NCBI GenBank assembly: GCA_964465015.1
Contig: CAYXHP010000022.1
Coordinates: 1,704 to 65,703 of the forward strand
From: an uncultured Gemmatimonadota bacterium
GTDB lineage: Bacteria > Gemmatimonadota > Gemmatimonadetes > Palauibacterales > Palauibacteraceae
Reading direction: 5' to 3'
DNA length: 64,000 nt
The notes beneath the pieces were generated by a model. That model was not told where the DNA came from, did not search any database, and saw only the letters and a program-made list of their open reading frames with translations. This document shows, one piece after another, positions 1 through 9,061 of this stretch (its first letter is position 1; each line of letters begins with the position of its first letter). A program made the translations under genes and the position numbers.

Positions 1-956
1 AGCGCAAGCTCGCCCACAACATCACCTCCCTCGACGAGACGAACCGCGCGTTGACCGAAGCCCGGAACGAGCTGGTCCAGGCCGAGAAGCTGGCCTCGGT
101 CGGCCGCCTGGCGGCGGGCCTGGCGCACGAGATCGGCAACCCGTTGAGCTCCATCATGACGTACGCGGACGTCGGCCGCCGGCGCGGAGTCGAGGGGGAA
201 TGGCTGGACGGCCTGGTGCACGAGGCCCACCGGATCGACCGAATCGTGAGCGGGCTCCTGGATTACTCCCGGCCGAGGAGCGGACCGCCGGCGGTGGTGC
301 AGTCCAACGAGATCGTGCGGGAGACCGTCTCCCTGGTGGGCGTCCAGGGTCGCTTCAAAGACGTCGAGGTCGAGCTCGACCTCGAATCCGAGCTGCCGGA
401 GGTACACATCAACCCGGATCAACTGCAGCAGGTGCTGGTGAACCTCCTCCTCAACGCCGGCGATGCGGTCGAGGTGAGCCGCCTGGAGCGGGGTCAGGAG
501 CGGAGCTGGATACGGGTCTCCACCACTACTACGCGACACGCGGGCTCGCCCGAGGCGGTCACGCGCGTGCGGCGCAAGGACGACCCGGAGGAGGTGGACT
601 ACTCGCACCTGAGACGGTTCCAACAGCAGCCGGCGGAGGTACCGTTGCCGCATTTCGAGGAGGGACAGCGCCTCGTGTCGATCTCGGTCGAGGACGATGG
701 TCCGGGGATTCCGGATCACGAGATCGAGCGGGTGTTCGATCCGTTCTTCACCACCAAGGAGCCGGGTCGCGGGACCGGCCTGGGATTGGCCGTTTCGGCC
801 CACCTCGTCTATCACATGGGGGGCACCATCGAGGCGTCGAATCGCCCCGAGGGCGGCAGCGTGTTCACGATCCTGCTGCCCATAGCGGGAGAGAGGCCGG
901 TCGTGGAAACCGCCGACCGGCCGGCTCCGTCGGGCCGCAGGGAGGAGCTCAAGTGA
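1..956 (+). CDS. prsK: Sensor histidine kinase, C-terminal part; the 5' end lies outside the window. Has HisKA and HATPase_c motifs. By context probably the PEP-CTERM-system kinase PrsK.
   Basis: ORF 51..956 sits in a frame that stays open to the window edge. H-box AGLAHEIGNPL; ATPase G-boxes DDGPGIP and GTGLGLAV. Its stop overlaps the start of the following sigma-54 regulator. Confidence 0.85.
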   Translation, partial: RKLAHNITSLDETNRALTEARNELVQAEKLASVGRLAAGLAHEIGNPLSSIMTYADVGRRRGVEGEWLDGLVHEAHRIDRIVSGLLDYSRPRSGPPAVVQSNEIVRETVSLVGVQGRFKDVEVELDLESELPEVHINPDQLQQVLVNLLLNAGDAVEVSRLERGQERSWIRVSTTTTRHAGSPEAVTRVRRKDDPEEVDYSHLRRFQQQPAEVPLPHFEEGQRLVSISVEDDGPGIPDHEIERVFDPFFTTKEPGRGTGLGLAVSAHLVYHMGGTIEASNRPEGGSVFTILLPIAGERPVVETADRPAPSGRREELK

Positions 957-2320
957 GGGTCCTCATCGTCGACGATGATCCGGGCGTTCGACGCTCGATC
1001 TCCCTCATCCTGGAAGGGGAGGGGTACGAGGTGCTCACGGCCTCGGACGGCCAGGAGGGCCTGGACCTCGCCCTCGAGACCCATCCCGATCTCCTGCTGT
1101 GTGATGTGCGCATGCCTCGCCTCGAAGGCCTGGAGTTCCTGGACGAGTACCGGAAGGCGGGCGGCGAGGGGCTGGTGATCATGATCACCGCCTATGGGAG
1201 TACGGAGCTGGCCATCGAGGCCATGAAGCGGGGCGCCTACGACTACCTGGCCAAGCCGTTCTCGGCCGACGAGGCGCTCCTCGTGCTCAAGAAGGCCGAA
1301 GAGCGCGAGAAGCTGTGGCAGGAGGTGAACCGGCTTCGCGACGCGGTCAGCGTGGAACGCAGGTACGCGGGCATCGTCGCCACCAGCAAGGCGATGGAAG
1401 AGGCGCTCCTCCTGGCGGAGAAGGTGGCGCGACATCCCTCCACCGTCCTCATCACGGGCGAGAGCGGAACGGGCAAGGAGCTGATCGCCCGATTCATCCA
1501 CGACGCTTCCCCCCGCAAGGCGAGTCCGTTCATCCCGGTCAACTGCGGCGCCATCCCGGAGAACCTGCTCGAATCGGAGCTGTTCGGGCACGTGAAGGGT
1601 GCGTTCACGGGCGCGACGGACAACCGGGCCGGTCTGTTCGAGGAAGCGCACGGTGGCACGCTGTTTCTGGACGAGATCGGCGAGCTTCCGCTCAAGCTGC
1701 AAGTGAAGCTCTTGCGGGCGCTGCAGGAGGGCGAGATCCGAAGAGTGGGCTCCTCCACACCCAACCGTGTCGACGTGCGGGTGTTGGCCGCCACGGCACG
1801 GGACCTGGAGACGCTGGTCCGGGAAGGGGAGTTTCGGAGCGAGCTGTACTACCGGATCAACGTGGTGCGCATCCACCTGACGCCGTTGCGGCAGCGACCC
1901 GAGGACATCCCGCCGCTGGTTCGCCACTTCGTGGCACGCTTCAACCGCACGCTCGCGCTGGACATCGACAGCTTCGGCGCCGACGCCATGAAGGTCCTCA
2001 TGGACTACCCGTGGCCCGGCAACATCCGGGAGCTCGAGAACATCGTGGAGCGGGCCATGGTGCTCTCGGAGTCCCGCGAGATCGACGGCGCCACGCTGAC
2101 CGGTCTGCTCCCGGCGCCCGGCGAGAGCCCGATCGATCTCTCGGTGCAGGCTCTGTCGCCGGACGACCTCTCGGTGAAGCGCCACACGGCCCGGCTCGAG
2201 AGGCAGCTCATCGAGCGAGCGCTCGAGATCACCGAAGGGAACCGCACGCGCGCGTCGGAGCTCCTGGACCTGAGCTACCGGGCGGTGCTGTACAAGATTC
2301 GCGAATACGGTCTGGAATGA
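953..2320 (+). CDS. prsR: Sigma-54-dependent response regulator: NtrC family with REC, AAA+ sigma-54 activator and HTH domains. PrsR-like.
   Basis: GTG at 953 overlaps the kinase stop (GTGA). REC motifs VLIVDDDPG ... DVRMP. Walker A GESGTGKE. GAFTGA loop is present (HVKGAFTGA). C-terminal Fis-type HTH. The first ~250 aa of long ORF 200..2320 are Arg/Gly-rich read-through and were rejected. Confidence 0.9.
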   Translation: MRVLIVDDDPGVRRSISLILEGEGYEVLTASDGQEGLDLALETHPDLLLCDVRMPRLEGLEFLDEYRKAGGEGLVIMITAYGSTELAIEAMKRGAYDYLAKPFSADEALLVLKKAEEREKLWQEVNRLRDAVSVERRYAGIVATSKAMEEALLLAEKVARHPSTVLITGESGTGKELIARFIHDASPRKASPFIPVNCGAIPENLLESELFGHVKGAFTGATDNRAGLFEEAHGGTLFLDEIGELPLKLQVKLLRALQEGEIRRVGSSTPNRVDVRVLAATARDLETLVREGEFRSELYYRINVVRIHLTPLRQRPEDIPPLVRHFVARFNRTLALDIDSFGADAMKVLMDYPWPGNIRELENIVERAMVLSESREIDGATLTGLLPAPGESPIDLSVQALSPDDLSVKRHTARLERQLIERALEITEGNRTRASELLDLSYRAVLYKIREYGLE

Positions 2321-2639
2321 GCGACCGGCGGGCCGGGTGGGCCCGCTGTGGCCGTCCCTCCATCTCCACGATACGGGCGTCAGTCTGTGGACCGGGTGCC
2401 ACAGCCGGTCGGATCGGTTTTCGGGTATGGATCCTGCTAACACATTAAAGAGCAATACATTGAGTCCAAATGCGCTCGAAGCACGAAGCGTGCAGGGGTG
2501 GACGGCCGACGTGCACGGAATGCCGCCTGCACGAGGGATTTCGCGCACGCCGGAAAGGGCTCGAATCGACTACGGCGGGAGAGGTGGGGAAACGAGACGC
2601 GCCTCCCCCCGTGACCGCTCGACGAGGTGGAATCGCGAA

Positions 2640-3443
2640 GTGAGTACCCTCATACGGAATCGTTCCCGCTCCCGGGCACCCATCGGGTCTGTCGCCGGGA
2701 GTGTGGCGCTCTCCCTCGTGGCCGTGGCAGTGAGCACCGCCCTCGTGGCGCAGCAGCCCGTGACGCTGCCGGTCGCGACCGACACCACGCAGGGCGGGCA
2801 GATGGTGACCCGGTCGGAGCTGCAGGCCAGGCTCGACTCGCTGCGGTCCGCGGGTGACTCCCAGGCGGCCGCCCGTGTCGAGCAGCGGCTCCAGCGCGGC
2901 GACTTGCAGCCGGGCGACGTCCTCCAGGTGCAGGTGTGGGGCGATTCGTCCTTCAGCGGCAACTACGTGGTGAGCCCGCAGCGGACGATCCAGATCCAGG
3001 GGCTCACGGAGGTCGATCTCCACGGAGTGCTGTACTCGGAGGCGGATTCGGCCGTGGCGAAGGGACTCCAGGAGATCCTGCGCAGCCCGCGGGTGAGGGT
3101 GCAGTCGCTCACGCGGGTCGCGGTCCTGGGGGCCGTGAAGAACCCGGGCTTCTACGACCTGCAGCCCACCTCGTCGGTGGCCGACGCCCTGATGGTGGCG
3201 GGGGGACCGCAGCAGAGCGCCGATGTGAACAACATGCAGCTCGTGCGGAACGGGGAGAACGTGCTGCCAGACAAGGAGCCCGGCCTGACCACGATGACGC
3301 TCGCCGATCTGGGAGTGCAGCGAGGGGACCAGCTCTTGGTGCCTGCGCAGGGCCACGGGCTCAGCCTGCAGGTGATTCTGGGCGGCCTCGGGGCCCTGAT
3401 CGGACTGACATACGGAATCACCCGGCTCATCCGGGGACGCTGA
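2640..3443 (+). CDS. Polysaccharide export protein (Wza/EpsE-like, Poly_export/SLBB).
   Basis: GTG at 2640 opens a signal-peptide-like stretch (VAGSVALSLVAVAVSTALVAQQP). The remainder matches the polysaccharide export family by eye. The upstream part of ORF 2337.. has poor coding character. Start uncertain; ATG 2803 is the alternative. Confidence 0.7.
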   Translation: MSTLIRNRSRSRAPIGSVAGSVALSLVAVAVSTALVAQQPVTLPVATDTTQGGQMVTRSELQARLDSLRSAGDSQAAARVEQRLQRGDLQPGDVLQVQVWGDSSFSGNYVVSPQRTIQIQGLTEVDLHGVLYSEADSAVAKGLQEILRSPRVRVQSLTRVAVLGAVKNPGFYDLQPTSSVADALMVAGGPQQSADVNNMQLVRNGENVLPDKEPGLTTMTLADLGVQRGDQLLVPAQGHGLSLQVILGGLGALIGLTYGITRLIRGR

Positions 3444-3490
3444 CCGACCCGGCCCGGCGAACCCACGTGCTCAGGGAGAGAGGGACGAGC

Positions 3491-4375
3491 GTGTCGAATC
3501 GGTGGATGTGGCTGGAGGGAGAGGGTGGGGAGGCCGCCGAGGCCCTGATGCAGCGACGCATCCGTACGTCCGGAAGGACCACGTCCGCGGACCGGCCCTG
3601 GCCGGTGACGGGTGAGCTGATGAACGAACCGTCGATCCCAGCGAGCCAGTCGGAGGTCGACCTGGCCGATGCCGCGGAGCCGCGATCGGTCCGTGAGCTC
3701 TTGCTCCGGGCCGTGAACCTCGTGGTCGCCCTGGTGGCGCTGATCGTCCTCGCACCCGTCATGCTCCTGATCGCGATCGCGATCAAGGTCGACAGCCGGG
3801 GGCCGATCTTCTATCGGCAGCTTCGGATCGGACTGGACCGACGACGCGCCCCGGACGCCGCCGAGGGCGAGAACAAGCGCACCGCGGATCTGGGCGGACG
3901 GCCGTTCGTGATCTACAAGTTCCGCACGATGCTCGTGGACGCCGAGGCCGATACGGGGCCCGTCTGGACCCGGGGCGCGGACGACCGCGTGACGCGCGTG
4001 GGCCGATTCCTCCGCCATCACCGCCTGGACGAGCTCCCGCAGCTGTGGAACGTCGTCACCGGCGACATGGCCGTGGTGGGACCGCGGCCCGAGCGGCCCG
4101 GCTTCGTGCACGACCTCACGCAAGAGATCGAAGGTTACCCGCTGCGGCAGCGTGTCCGCCCCGGGATCACCGGTCTGGCGCAGGTGAATCGCGAGGCCGA
4201 CCAGTCCATAGACGACGTGCGCCGAAAGCTCCAGTACGACCTGGACTACGTGCGCCGGAGATCGCTGCTCCTGGACCTGTCCGTCATGATCCGCACGCCG
4301 CTCGTGATGATCCGCCGGGACGTGGTCGCATCGGAGGATGGGACCGAGTCCGGCGAGCGACCGGAGTCCCGATGA
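3491..4375 (+). CDS. Sugar transferase (bacterial polyprenyl-phosphate glycosylphosphotransferase, WbaP/EpsB C-terminal type); the priming enzyme.
   Basis: One TM (LLLRAVNLVVALVALIVLAPVMLLIAIAI) followed by the conserved Bac_transf block (PIFYRQ ... DELPQLWNVVTGDMAVVGPRP). GTG 3491 is preceded by the RBS-like GGGAGAGAGGGA. Alternative start ATG 3620. Confidence 0.8.
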   Translation: MSNRWMWLEGEGGEAAEALMQRRIRTSGRTTSADRPWPVTGELMNEPSIPASQSEVDLADAAEPRSVRELLLRAVNLVVALVALIVLAPVMLLIAIAIKVDSRGPIFYRQLRIGLDRRRAPDAAEGENKRTADLGGRPFVIYKFRTMLVDAEADTGPVWTRGADDRVTRVGRFLRHHRLDELPQLWNVVTGDMAVVGPRPERPGFVHDLTQEIEGYPLRQRVRPGITGLAQVNREADQSIDDVRRKLQYDLDYVRRRSLLLDLSVMIRTPLVMIRRDVVASEDGTESGERPESR

Positions 4376-5307
4376 TGACGCCGGCACGGAGCCTCGGGCA
4401 GGAGGCCCGGTCGCGGCCGCTGACGCTGGTGGTCGCGAGCGACCGGGAATGGTTCGTGATGGCGCTGGAAGCCGTGCTCCAGCCGCACGGATTCCGGCTG
4501 GGTCACGTGCGCAGCGCCGAGGAGCTGCTCGATGCGGTGGGCGAGCGACGTCCCGACGCCGTCCTGATCGACGATTCCCTGCCCGGGATGCCGCTTCCCG
4601 AGCTGTGCGGGAAGCTCGGCCGGCGCGGTCTCGCGCCCAGCGTGCCGGTGCTGCTCTACACGGCCTCCATGCTCTCCAACGAGGGCACGCTGGCCGCCGC
4701 GCTCGAGGCCGGCGCGTGGGCCATTCTCCCCGAGCCGATGCGGGCGGCCCGCATGCTCGCCGTCCTGCGGCGGCTCCTGTCGATCGGCCGCAGGATGCGG
4801 GGGCTCACCGAGGCTTCGGCCGAAGCGGGCCGAACCGTACTCTCCCGGGAGGAGTTGGAACGCTTCCTCCCTTTTCTCGAAGCGCTGGCCGAGCGTGAGC
4901 GGGCGGAGCTCAGCCTGGTCATGCTGGGTCCCACGCGGACGCCTGGAGGTGAGGTCGGTCCGGAGGCGGCGGTGGACACCGTGAGCCTGGTCCTGCGCCA
5001 CACGCGGCGCGCGGACCTGTGCGCCGAGCTGGAGGAGGACCAGGTGGCCGTCCTGGCCTACAACACCCCCGCCTCTGGAACCAGCGCGCTCGTGCGGCGT
5101 CTGAATCTGCTCGCCCTGGAGGCCGGGCCGGAAGACGCGGGCCCGAACCGGCTCAGCGCCGGGATCGTGCAGCTGTTCGCGGAGGGTGACCGGAGCGAAG
5201 CCGAGGAGGGCGCGGCACGCCGCCGCGCTCGTCTTTCGGCGGCCGAGCTGGCCCTGCTGGAGGCGCGCGCCGACGGCGGCGGAGTCCGGATGGCCGAGAA
5301 GAGCTGA
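4372..5307 (+). CDS. Response-regulator receiver-domain protein with a C-terminal domain of unknown function (possibly a degenerate GGDEF-like output domain).
   Basis: ATG 4372 overlaps the upstream stop (ATGA). REC-like N-terminus (LVVASD ... DAVLIDDSLPGMP ... LLYTAS). No GGDEF/EAL signature was recognised in the C-terminal ~170 aa. Confidence 0.6.
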   Translation: MMTPARSLGQEARSRPLTLVVASDREWFVMALEAVLQPHGFRLGHVRSAEELLDAVGERRPDAVLIDDSLPGMPLPELCGKLGRRGLAPSVPVLLYTASMLSNEGTLAAALEAGAWAILPEPMRAARMLAVLRRLLSIGRRMRGLTEASAEAGRTVLSREELERFLPFLEALAERERAELSLVMLGPTRTPGGEVGPEAAVDTVSLVLRHTRRADLCAELEEDQVAVLAYNTPASGTSALVRRLNLLALEAGPEDAGPNRLSAGIVQLFAEGDRSEAEEGAARRRARLSAAELALLEARADGGGVRMAEKS

Positions 5308-5810
5308 TGGCCCGGGCGCCGGTCGTCGGTCCCGAGGCGTCCGGGAACGGACACCTGCGGGACCCGGGTCGCACGGTCAGCGCCGTCATGGGGCTGCTGG
5401 GCGTGACCTTCAGCCTGGTCGGTCTGGTGGAGATCGCGCTCCTGTGGTTCCCCCTCAGCATGGGGGATGCCCTGTGGGAGTTCGGGACCTACGGCGGCAG
5501 CCTGGACCGGCTGCCGATGGTGGCGCTGGGGCTGGGGCTGCTGGGTCTGGCGGCCGTGTGGCATCCGGCGCGAAGCGTGGGCGCGGTGCGAGCCGTGGCC
5601 GTGCTGTTCGTGGTGCTGGGCGTCGTCCTGGTGGGTGTGGCGGCGCTCTACATCACGTCGGTGCCGGCCGCGCTCGGCAGAATGTCGGCGCAGGCCGTGC
5701 TCCGCGTGGAGAATGGACTGTTGCAGAGGGCCGTGGAGGCGTTTGCGTATCCGCTCGCCTTCCTGGGCCTCGGTTGGGTGCTGTGGCGGTCGGTGCGCCG
5801 TCCCGCATAG
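5307..5810 (+). CDS. Hypothetical integral membrane protein (about 4 TM).
   Basis: ATG overlaps the upstream stop (TGATG). Four long hydrophobic segments. High GC3. Confidence 0.6.
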   Translation: MARAPVVGPEASGNGHLRDPGRTVSAVMGLLGVTFSLVGLVEIALLWFPLSMGDALWEFGTYGGSLDRLPMVALGLGLLGLAAVWHPARSVGAVRAVAVLFVVLGVVLVGVAALYITSVPAALGRMSAQAVLRVENGLLQRAVEAFAYPLAFLGLGWVLWRSVRRPA

Positions 5811-5816
5811 GGCGGA

Positions 5817-5832
5817 CGGCACGCGAGGTGCA
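5817..5832 (+). promoter_or_regulatory. Candidate sigma-54 (RpoN) -24/-12 promoter in front of the PEP-CTERM protein gene.
   Basis: cGGCACGcgagGTGCA versus consensus TGGCACG-N4-TTGCA, with correct GG-N10-GC spacing. Sits in the 58-bp gap. Predicted TSS near 5843, giving a 26-nt leader with RBS GAGGAGG ahead of ATG 5869. Confidence 0.5.
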
Positions 5833-5868
5833 GGCATGACCCGCGGGTCACCGACCACGAGAGGAGGT

Positions 5869-6645
5869 ATGGTGATGACCAAGAGACGTTGGGCCTTCAT
5901 GATCGCGGCGGCGCTGCTGCTGGTGCCCGCCTACTACTTCTTAGGTCCGATGCTCGGGGCCCGGTCCGGTGCCTCGCACGCCCAGAGCGGACGTGGGCTG
6001 GCCAGCGCCGCGACGGTGCCGGCGGGAGCGTCGGCGGACGCGGGAATCGCCACGGCGGCATCGGGGGACCAGGGCGTCCCCACTGGCACGGCCCTGCGGT
6101 CGTCCGCGTCCCGGCGCTCGAGCGGCCGGTCGGCGGCGTCTCCCGCGCGCACGAAAGCCGCGGCCGGTGACGTGGCCCCCGGGGCCGAGGATGCCGGCTG
6201 CTCGCCGTCCTGGGCGCGCAGCTGTGGTCCGAACGACCGCCTGCTCGACGACACGCTGGCCGCCGCCGGCGCGTCGCTGGGGAGCTCGGATGGGGCTCCG
6301 ATGGCCACGGAGGCGCCGGTCCAGATCTCGCCGGCCGCCAGACGGGGCATGCTCGGCGCCGTGGCCGGCCTCGCCGGCGGTGGGATCGCCCTGGCGCTCA
6401 AGTCGGGCGGCCTGGCGGCCTCGGTGGACAACACGGGCGGAACCGTCGGCAACCCGAGCGGACCGAGCGGACCGAGCGGAAACGATCCGCCGTCGGACCC
6501 GCCGGGCCCGACGACCGCGACGCCGGAACCGCTGACCGGCACGCTGCTCGGACTGGGGCTCATGGGTTGGGCGGCCACGGAGCTGCGCCGCCGGCGTCAC
6601 ACCGGTGAGACCTCGACCGACGCCGGGGCGGACGGCATCAGCTGA
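5869..6645 (+). CDS. PEP-CTERM sorting-domain protein: secreted, low-complexity Ala/Ser/Gly-rich; an exosortase substrate.
   Basis: RBS GAGGAGG then ATG 5869. N-terminal signal/TM (MIAAALLLVPAYY). C-terminus is TPEPLTGTLLGLGLMGWAATELRRRRH, i.e. the PEP motif, a hydrophobic TM helix and an Arg cluster. Confidence 0.85.
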   Translation: MVMTKRRWAFMIAAALLLVPAYYFLGPMLGARSGASHAQSGRGLASAATVPAGASADAGIATAASGDQGVPTGTALRSSASRRSSGRSAASPARTKAAAGDVAPGAEDAGCSPSWARSCGPNDRLLDDTLAAAGASLGSSDGAPMATEAPVQISPAARRGMLGAVAGLAGGGIALALKSGGLAASVDNTGGTVGNPSGPSGPSGNDPPSDPPGPTTATPEPLTGTLLGLGLMGWAATELRRRRHTGETSTDAGADGIS

Positions 6646-6695
6646 CCGTCAAAGCCACGCGCCGTCTCCCCGGAGGGAGGCGCACATCGCTCGCC

Positions 6696-7505
6696 GTGGC
6701 CGCGGCCACGGTGAGCGCCTTCCTCCTCCTGTTCGGCCCCGGACTCGTGGAGCTGGTGGGTGACTGGCTCCGCGATACCGATTACCTGCACGGCTTCCTC
6801 CTCCTGGGCGTCGCGCTCTATCTGGCCTGGAGGGACCGCCGCCGCGCCGCGCCCTCCCCATCGCGCCGGGCGGGCGGTCTCGTCATCGGTGCCGCCGTGC
6901 TCCTCTTCCTCGTGGCCAGCGTCGCCTCGGAGCACTTCACGATGCGCCTGGCCGCGCTGGCGGCCGGTGCGGGCCTCGTCCTCTTCTACGTGGGCCCGGA
7001 GCAGCTTCGGGCGTGGTGGCTCCCCTTCGCACTCATGGTGTTCGCCATCCCGCTCCCGGAGGTCGTGGTGGGGACGGTGACGCTTCCTCTGCAGCTGTTC
7101 GCGTCGCGAAGCGCCGCGGCGCTGCTCCGGTTCCGGCATGTTCCGTCGACGGTCTCGGGCAACATCATCAATTTGCCGGGCCAGCGGCTGTTCGTGGCCC
7201 AGGCGTGCAGCGGCCTTCGGTCCCTGTCGGCCCTCTTCGGGCTCACGCTCCTCATGGGCGGCACCTGGCTCGACCGACCGGCCGACCGCATCGTGCTCCT
7301 GGTCGCCGCGCTCCCGGTGGCGTTGCTCGCGAACGTCTTCCGCATCTTCGTGACCGGCTTCCTGGCGTACTTCGTGGGCACGGGCGCGGTCACGGGCGAG
7401 GCACACGAGTCGGCGGGGCTCCTGGTGTTCGCGGCCGCCCTCGGCGTGCTCGGCCTGCTCGCCTGGATGTTGAAGAGCCGCGAGCGCTCGCGGGTGCGAG
7501 CGTGA
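6696..7505 (+). CDS. xrtA: Exosortase (XrtA/EpsH family transpeptidase).
   Basis: Polytopic membrane protein with the exosortase catalytic blocks: Cys in AQACSGLRS and the Asn-x-x-Arg in LANVFRIF. RBS GGAGGGAGG upstream of GTG 6696. It is followed by EpsI. Confidence 0.85.
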   Translation: MAAATVSAFLLLFGPGLVELVGDWLRDTDYLHGFLLLGVALYLAWRDRRRAAPSPSRRAGGLVIGAAVLLFLVASVASEHFTMRLAALAAGAGLVLFYVGPEQLRAWWLPFALMVFAIPLPEVVVGTVTLPLQLFASRSAAALLRFRHVPSTVSGNIINLPGQRLFVAQACSGLRSLSALFGLTLLMGGTWLDRPADRIVLLVAALPVALLANVFRIFVTGFLAYFVGTGAVTGEAHESAGLLVFAAALGVLGLLAWMLKSRERSRVRA

Positions 7506-8209
7506 GCGAGGTCGAGGGCGTGGGGGCGTCGCGGAGCGGCGCTGGCGGCGGTCGCCTGTGGGTGTCGCTCGTGCCCGCCGTGCTCCTGCTCCTCGGGGCG
7601 GGCGCCCGGACCGCGCTCCATCCCGGCCGCGAGCTGCCCCTCCAGGCCCCGCTCTCAGGCCTCGTGGGGTCCCTGGCGCGCTTCGGACCCTCGAGCGAGG
7701 TGCCTCTCGACCCGGCCAGCCGGAGCGTGCTGGCCGCCGACGACATCCTGTTCCGGAGGTATCGACCCTCGGGCGGAGGCGTCTTCGACGTCTTCGTGGC
7801 CTACTACGGTCGGCAGAAGGCGGGGAGCAGCATCCACTCCCCGCGGAACTGCCTCCCGGGGAGCGGCTGGGAGCCGCTGGAGCACCAGGAGGAGGCGGTG
7901 CATACGACCGTGGCGGATGGGCGGGTCAACCGCTACCTGGTCGAGGATGGCTCCGGCCGCCGCGCCCTCGTCTACTACTGGTACCAGGGGCGCGGGAGAA
8001 TCGTGGCGGACGAATACCGGGTGAAGTGGTACTTGCTTCGAGATGCCGTGCTCGAGCGACGCACGGACGAGGCCCTGATCCGGCTGGTGTTCGCGGTCGC
8101 ACCGGGCGAGACGGCCGACGTGGTGGCCGGGCGCACCCGTTCCTACGTGCAGCGGCTCGCCTCCGCCATGTGGGACTACCTTCCCCCCGCCAACGAGCCG
8201 GGGAGCTGA
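7502..8209 (+). CDS. epsI: EpsI family protein (exosortase-associated).
   Basis: GTG 7502 overlaps the exosortase stop (GTGA). N-terminal TM. Conserved block SIHSPRNCLPGSGW is typical of EpsI. The front half of long ORF 7013.. was rejected. Confidence 0.8.
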   Translation: MSEVEGVGASRSGAGGGRLWVSLVPAVLLLLGAGARTALHPGRELPLQAPLSGLVGSLARFGPSSEVPLDPASRSVLAADDILFRRYRPSGGGVFDVFVAYYGRQKAGSSIHSPRNCLPGSGWEPLEHQEEAVHTTVADGRVNRYLVEDGSGRRALVYYWYQGRGRIVADEYRVKWYLLRDAVLERRTDEALIRLVFAVAPGETADVVAGRTRSYVQRLASAMWDYLPPANEPGS

Positions 8210-8217
8210 CCGGGACG

Positions 8218-8967
8218 GTGCTCCGGGAGCGCCTGAGGAACCTGGCCGCCGTCCCCGTGCGCCGAGTGCGCAGTATCGCCGGGCTCCTGGAGCGCTGGCT
8301 TCACCCGCACCGCCGCCGGAGGGCCTCCGAGAGGGTGCGAGCCCTCTCCCCCCCGTTGCGCGTGGTGTTTCTCTGCCACGGCAACATCTGCCGGAGCCCT
8401 TACGCGGAGGCCGCATTCCGGGCCGCACTTCCGGCTGAGTTACGAGAGGAGATCAGGGTGTGCTCGGCCGGCTTCCACAAGTCGGGGCGCCCGAGCCCGG
8501 AGGAGGCGCGGCTCGAAGCGGCTTCCCGGGGCCTCGACCTGTCGGAGCACCGCTCTCGCCTGCTCGATCGGGAGACGGTCGAGGTCGCCGATCTGCTGGT
8601 CGTCATGGACGCCCGCCAGGCGCGGCGGCTCGAGGTCGGGTTTCTCGCGGCGCTGCGGGAGGCCGCGAGAACCGGCGGGCGGGCCGTCCGAGACCGTGGG
8701 CATGATGAGGTGGAGGTCGAACACGCCGAGGGCGAGGCCTCGGGCTCGGCCGGCGAAGAAGCTCTCTCCGCTGGCCAGGGAACAGCCGTGAGGGCCTCCG
8801 TGGAGACGTTGCCATCGGTGCTCGTGCTCGGTGACCTGGACTCGCAGATTCCGCCGCGGCGTGCCATCCGAGACCCTTATGGGCAGTCTCGCGAGGTGTT
8901 CGCCGACGTATTCGACCGCATCGACCGCTGCATCGGTACTCTCGCGGACCTCCTCCGGGGACCCTGA
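8218..8967 (+). CDS. Low-molecular-weight protein-tyrosine phosphatase (Wzb-like) carrying an internal ~50-aa acidic/Ala-rich insertion.
   Basis: P-loop VVFLCHGNICRSP. C-terminal IRDPYG ... DVFDRIDRCIGTLADLL (the DPY motif). Start ambiguous between GTG 8218 and GTG 8335; the latter leaves 10 aa before the P-loop and has GGAGGG upstream. Confidence 0.75.
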   Translation: MLRERLRNLAAVPVRRVRSIAGLLERWLHPHRRRRASERVRALSPPLRVVFLCHGNICRSPYAEAAFRAALPAELREEIRVCSAGFHKSGRPSPEEARLEAASRGLDLSEHRSRLLDRETVEVADLLVVMDARQARRLEVGFLAALREAARTGGRAVRDRGHDEVEVEHAEGEASGSAGEEALSAGQGTAVRASVETLPSVLVLGDLDSQIPPRRAIRDPYGQSREVFADVFDRIDRCIGTLADLLRGP

Positions 8968-9061
8968 CAGCGTGGTGCACATCGGCTCGCAGGAGGGCCC
9001 GGCCGCTGCGGGGTCGATACGGCTGCCGTGAAGCCGTCATTCCAGTCACCTGGGGGGCACT

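Noticed and set aside
200-2320. 706-aa ORF whose first ~250 residues are Arg/Gly/Pro-rich.
   Set aside because: That part overlaps the kinase gene in another frame. The real regulator gene starts at GTG 953, where the receiver domain begins. The long extension is a high-GC read-through artefact.
812-2548. 578-aa antisense ORF, and many similar long antisense or alternate-frame ORFs across the window (e.g. 3152..4387-, 10488..11858-, 12736..14661-, 42913..44364-, 45956..47923-).
   Set aside because: Arg/Pro/Gly-rich compositions with no domain signatures. They overlap well-supported genes. Typical of spurious ORFs in 70% GC DNA.
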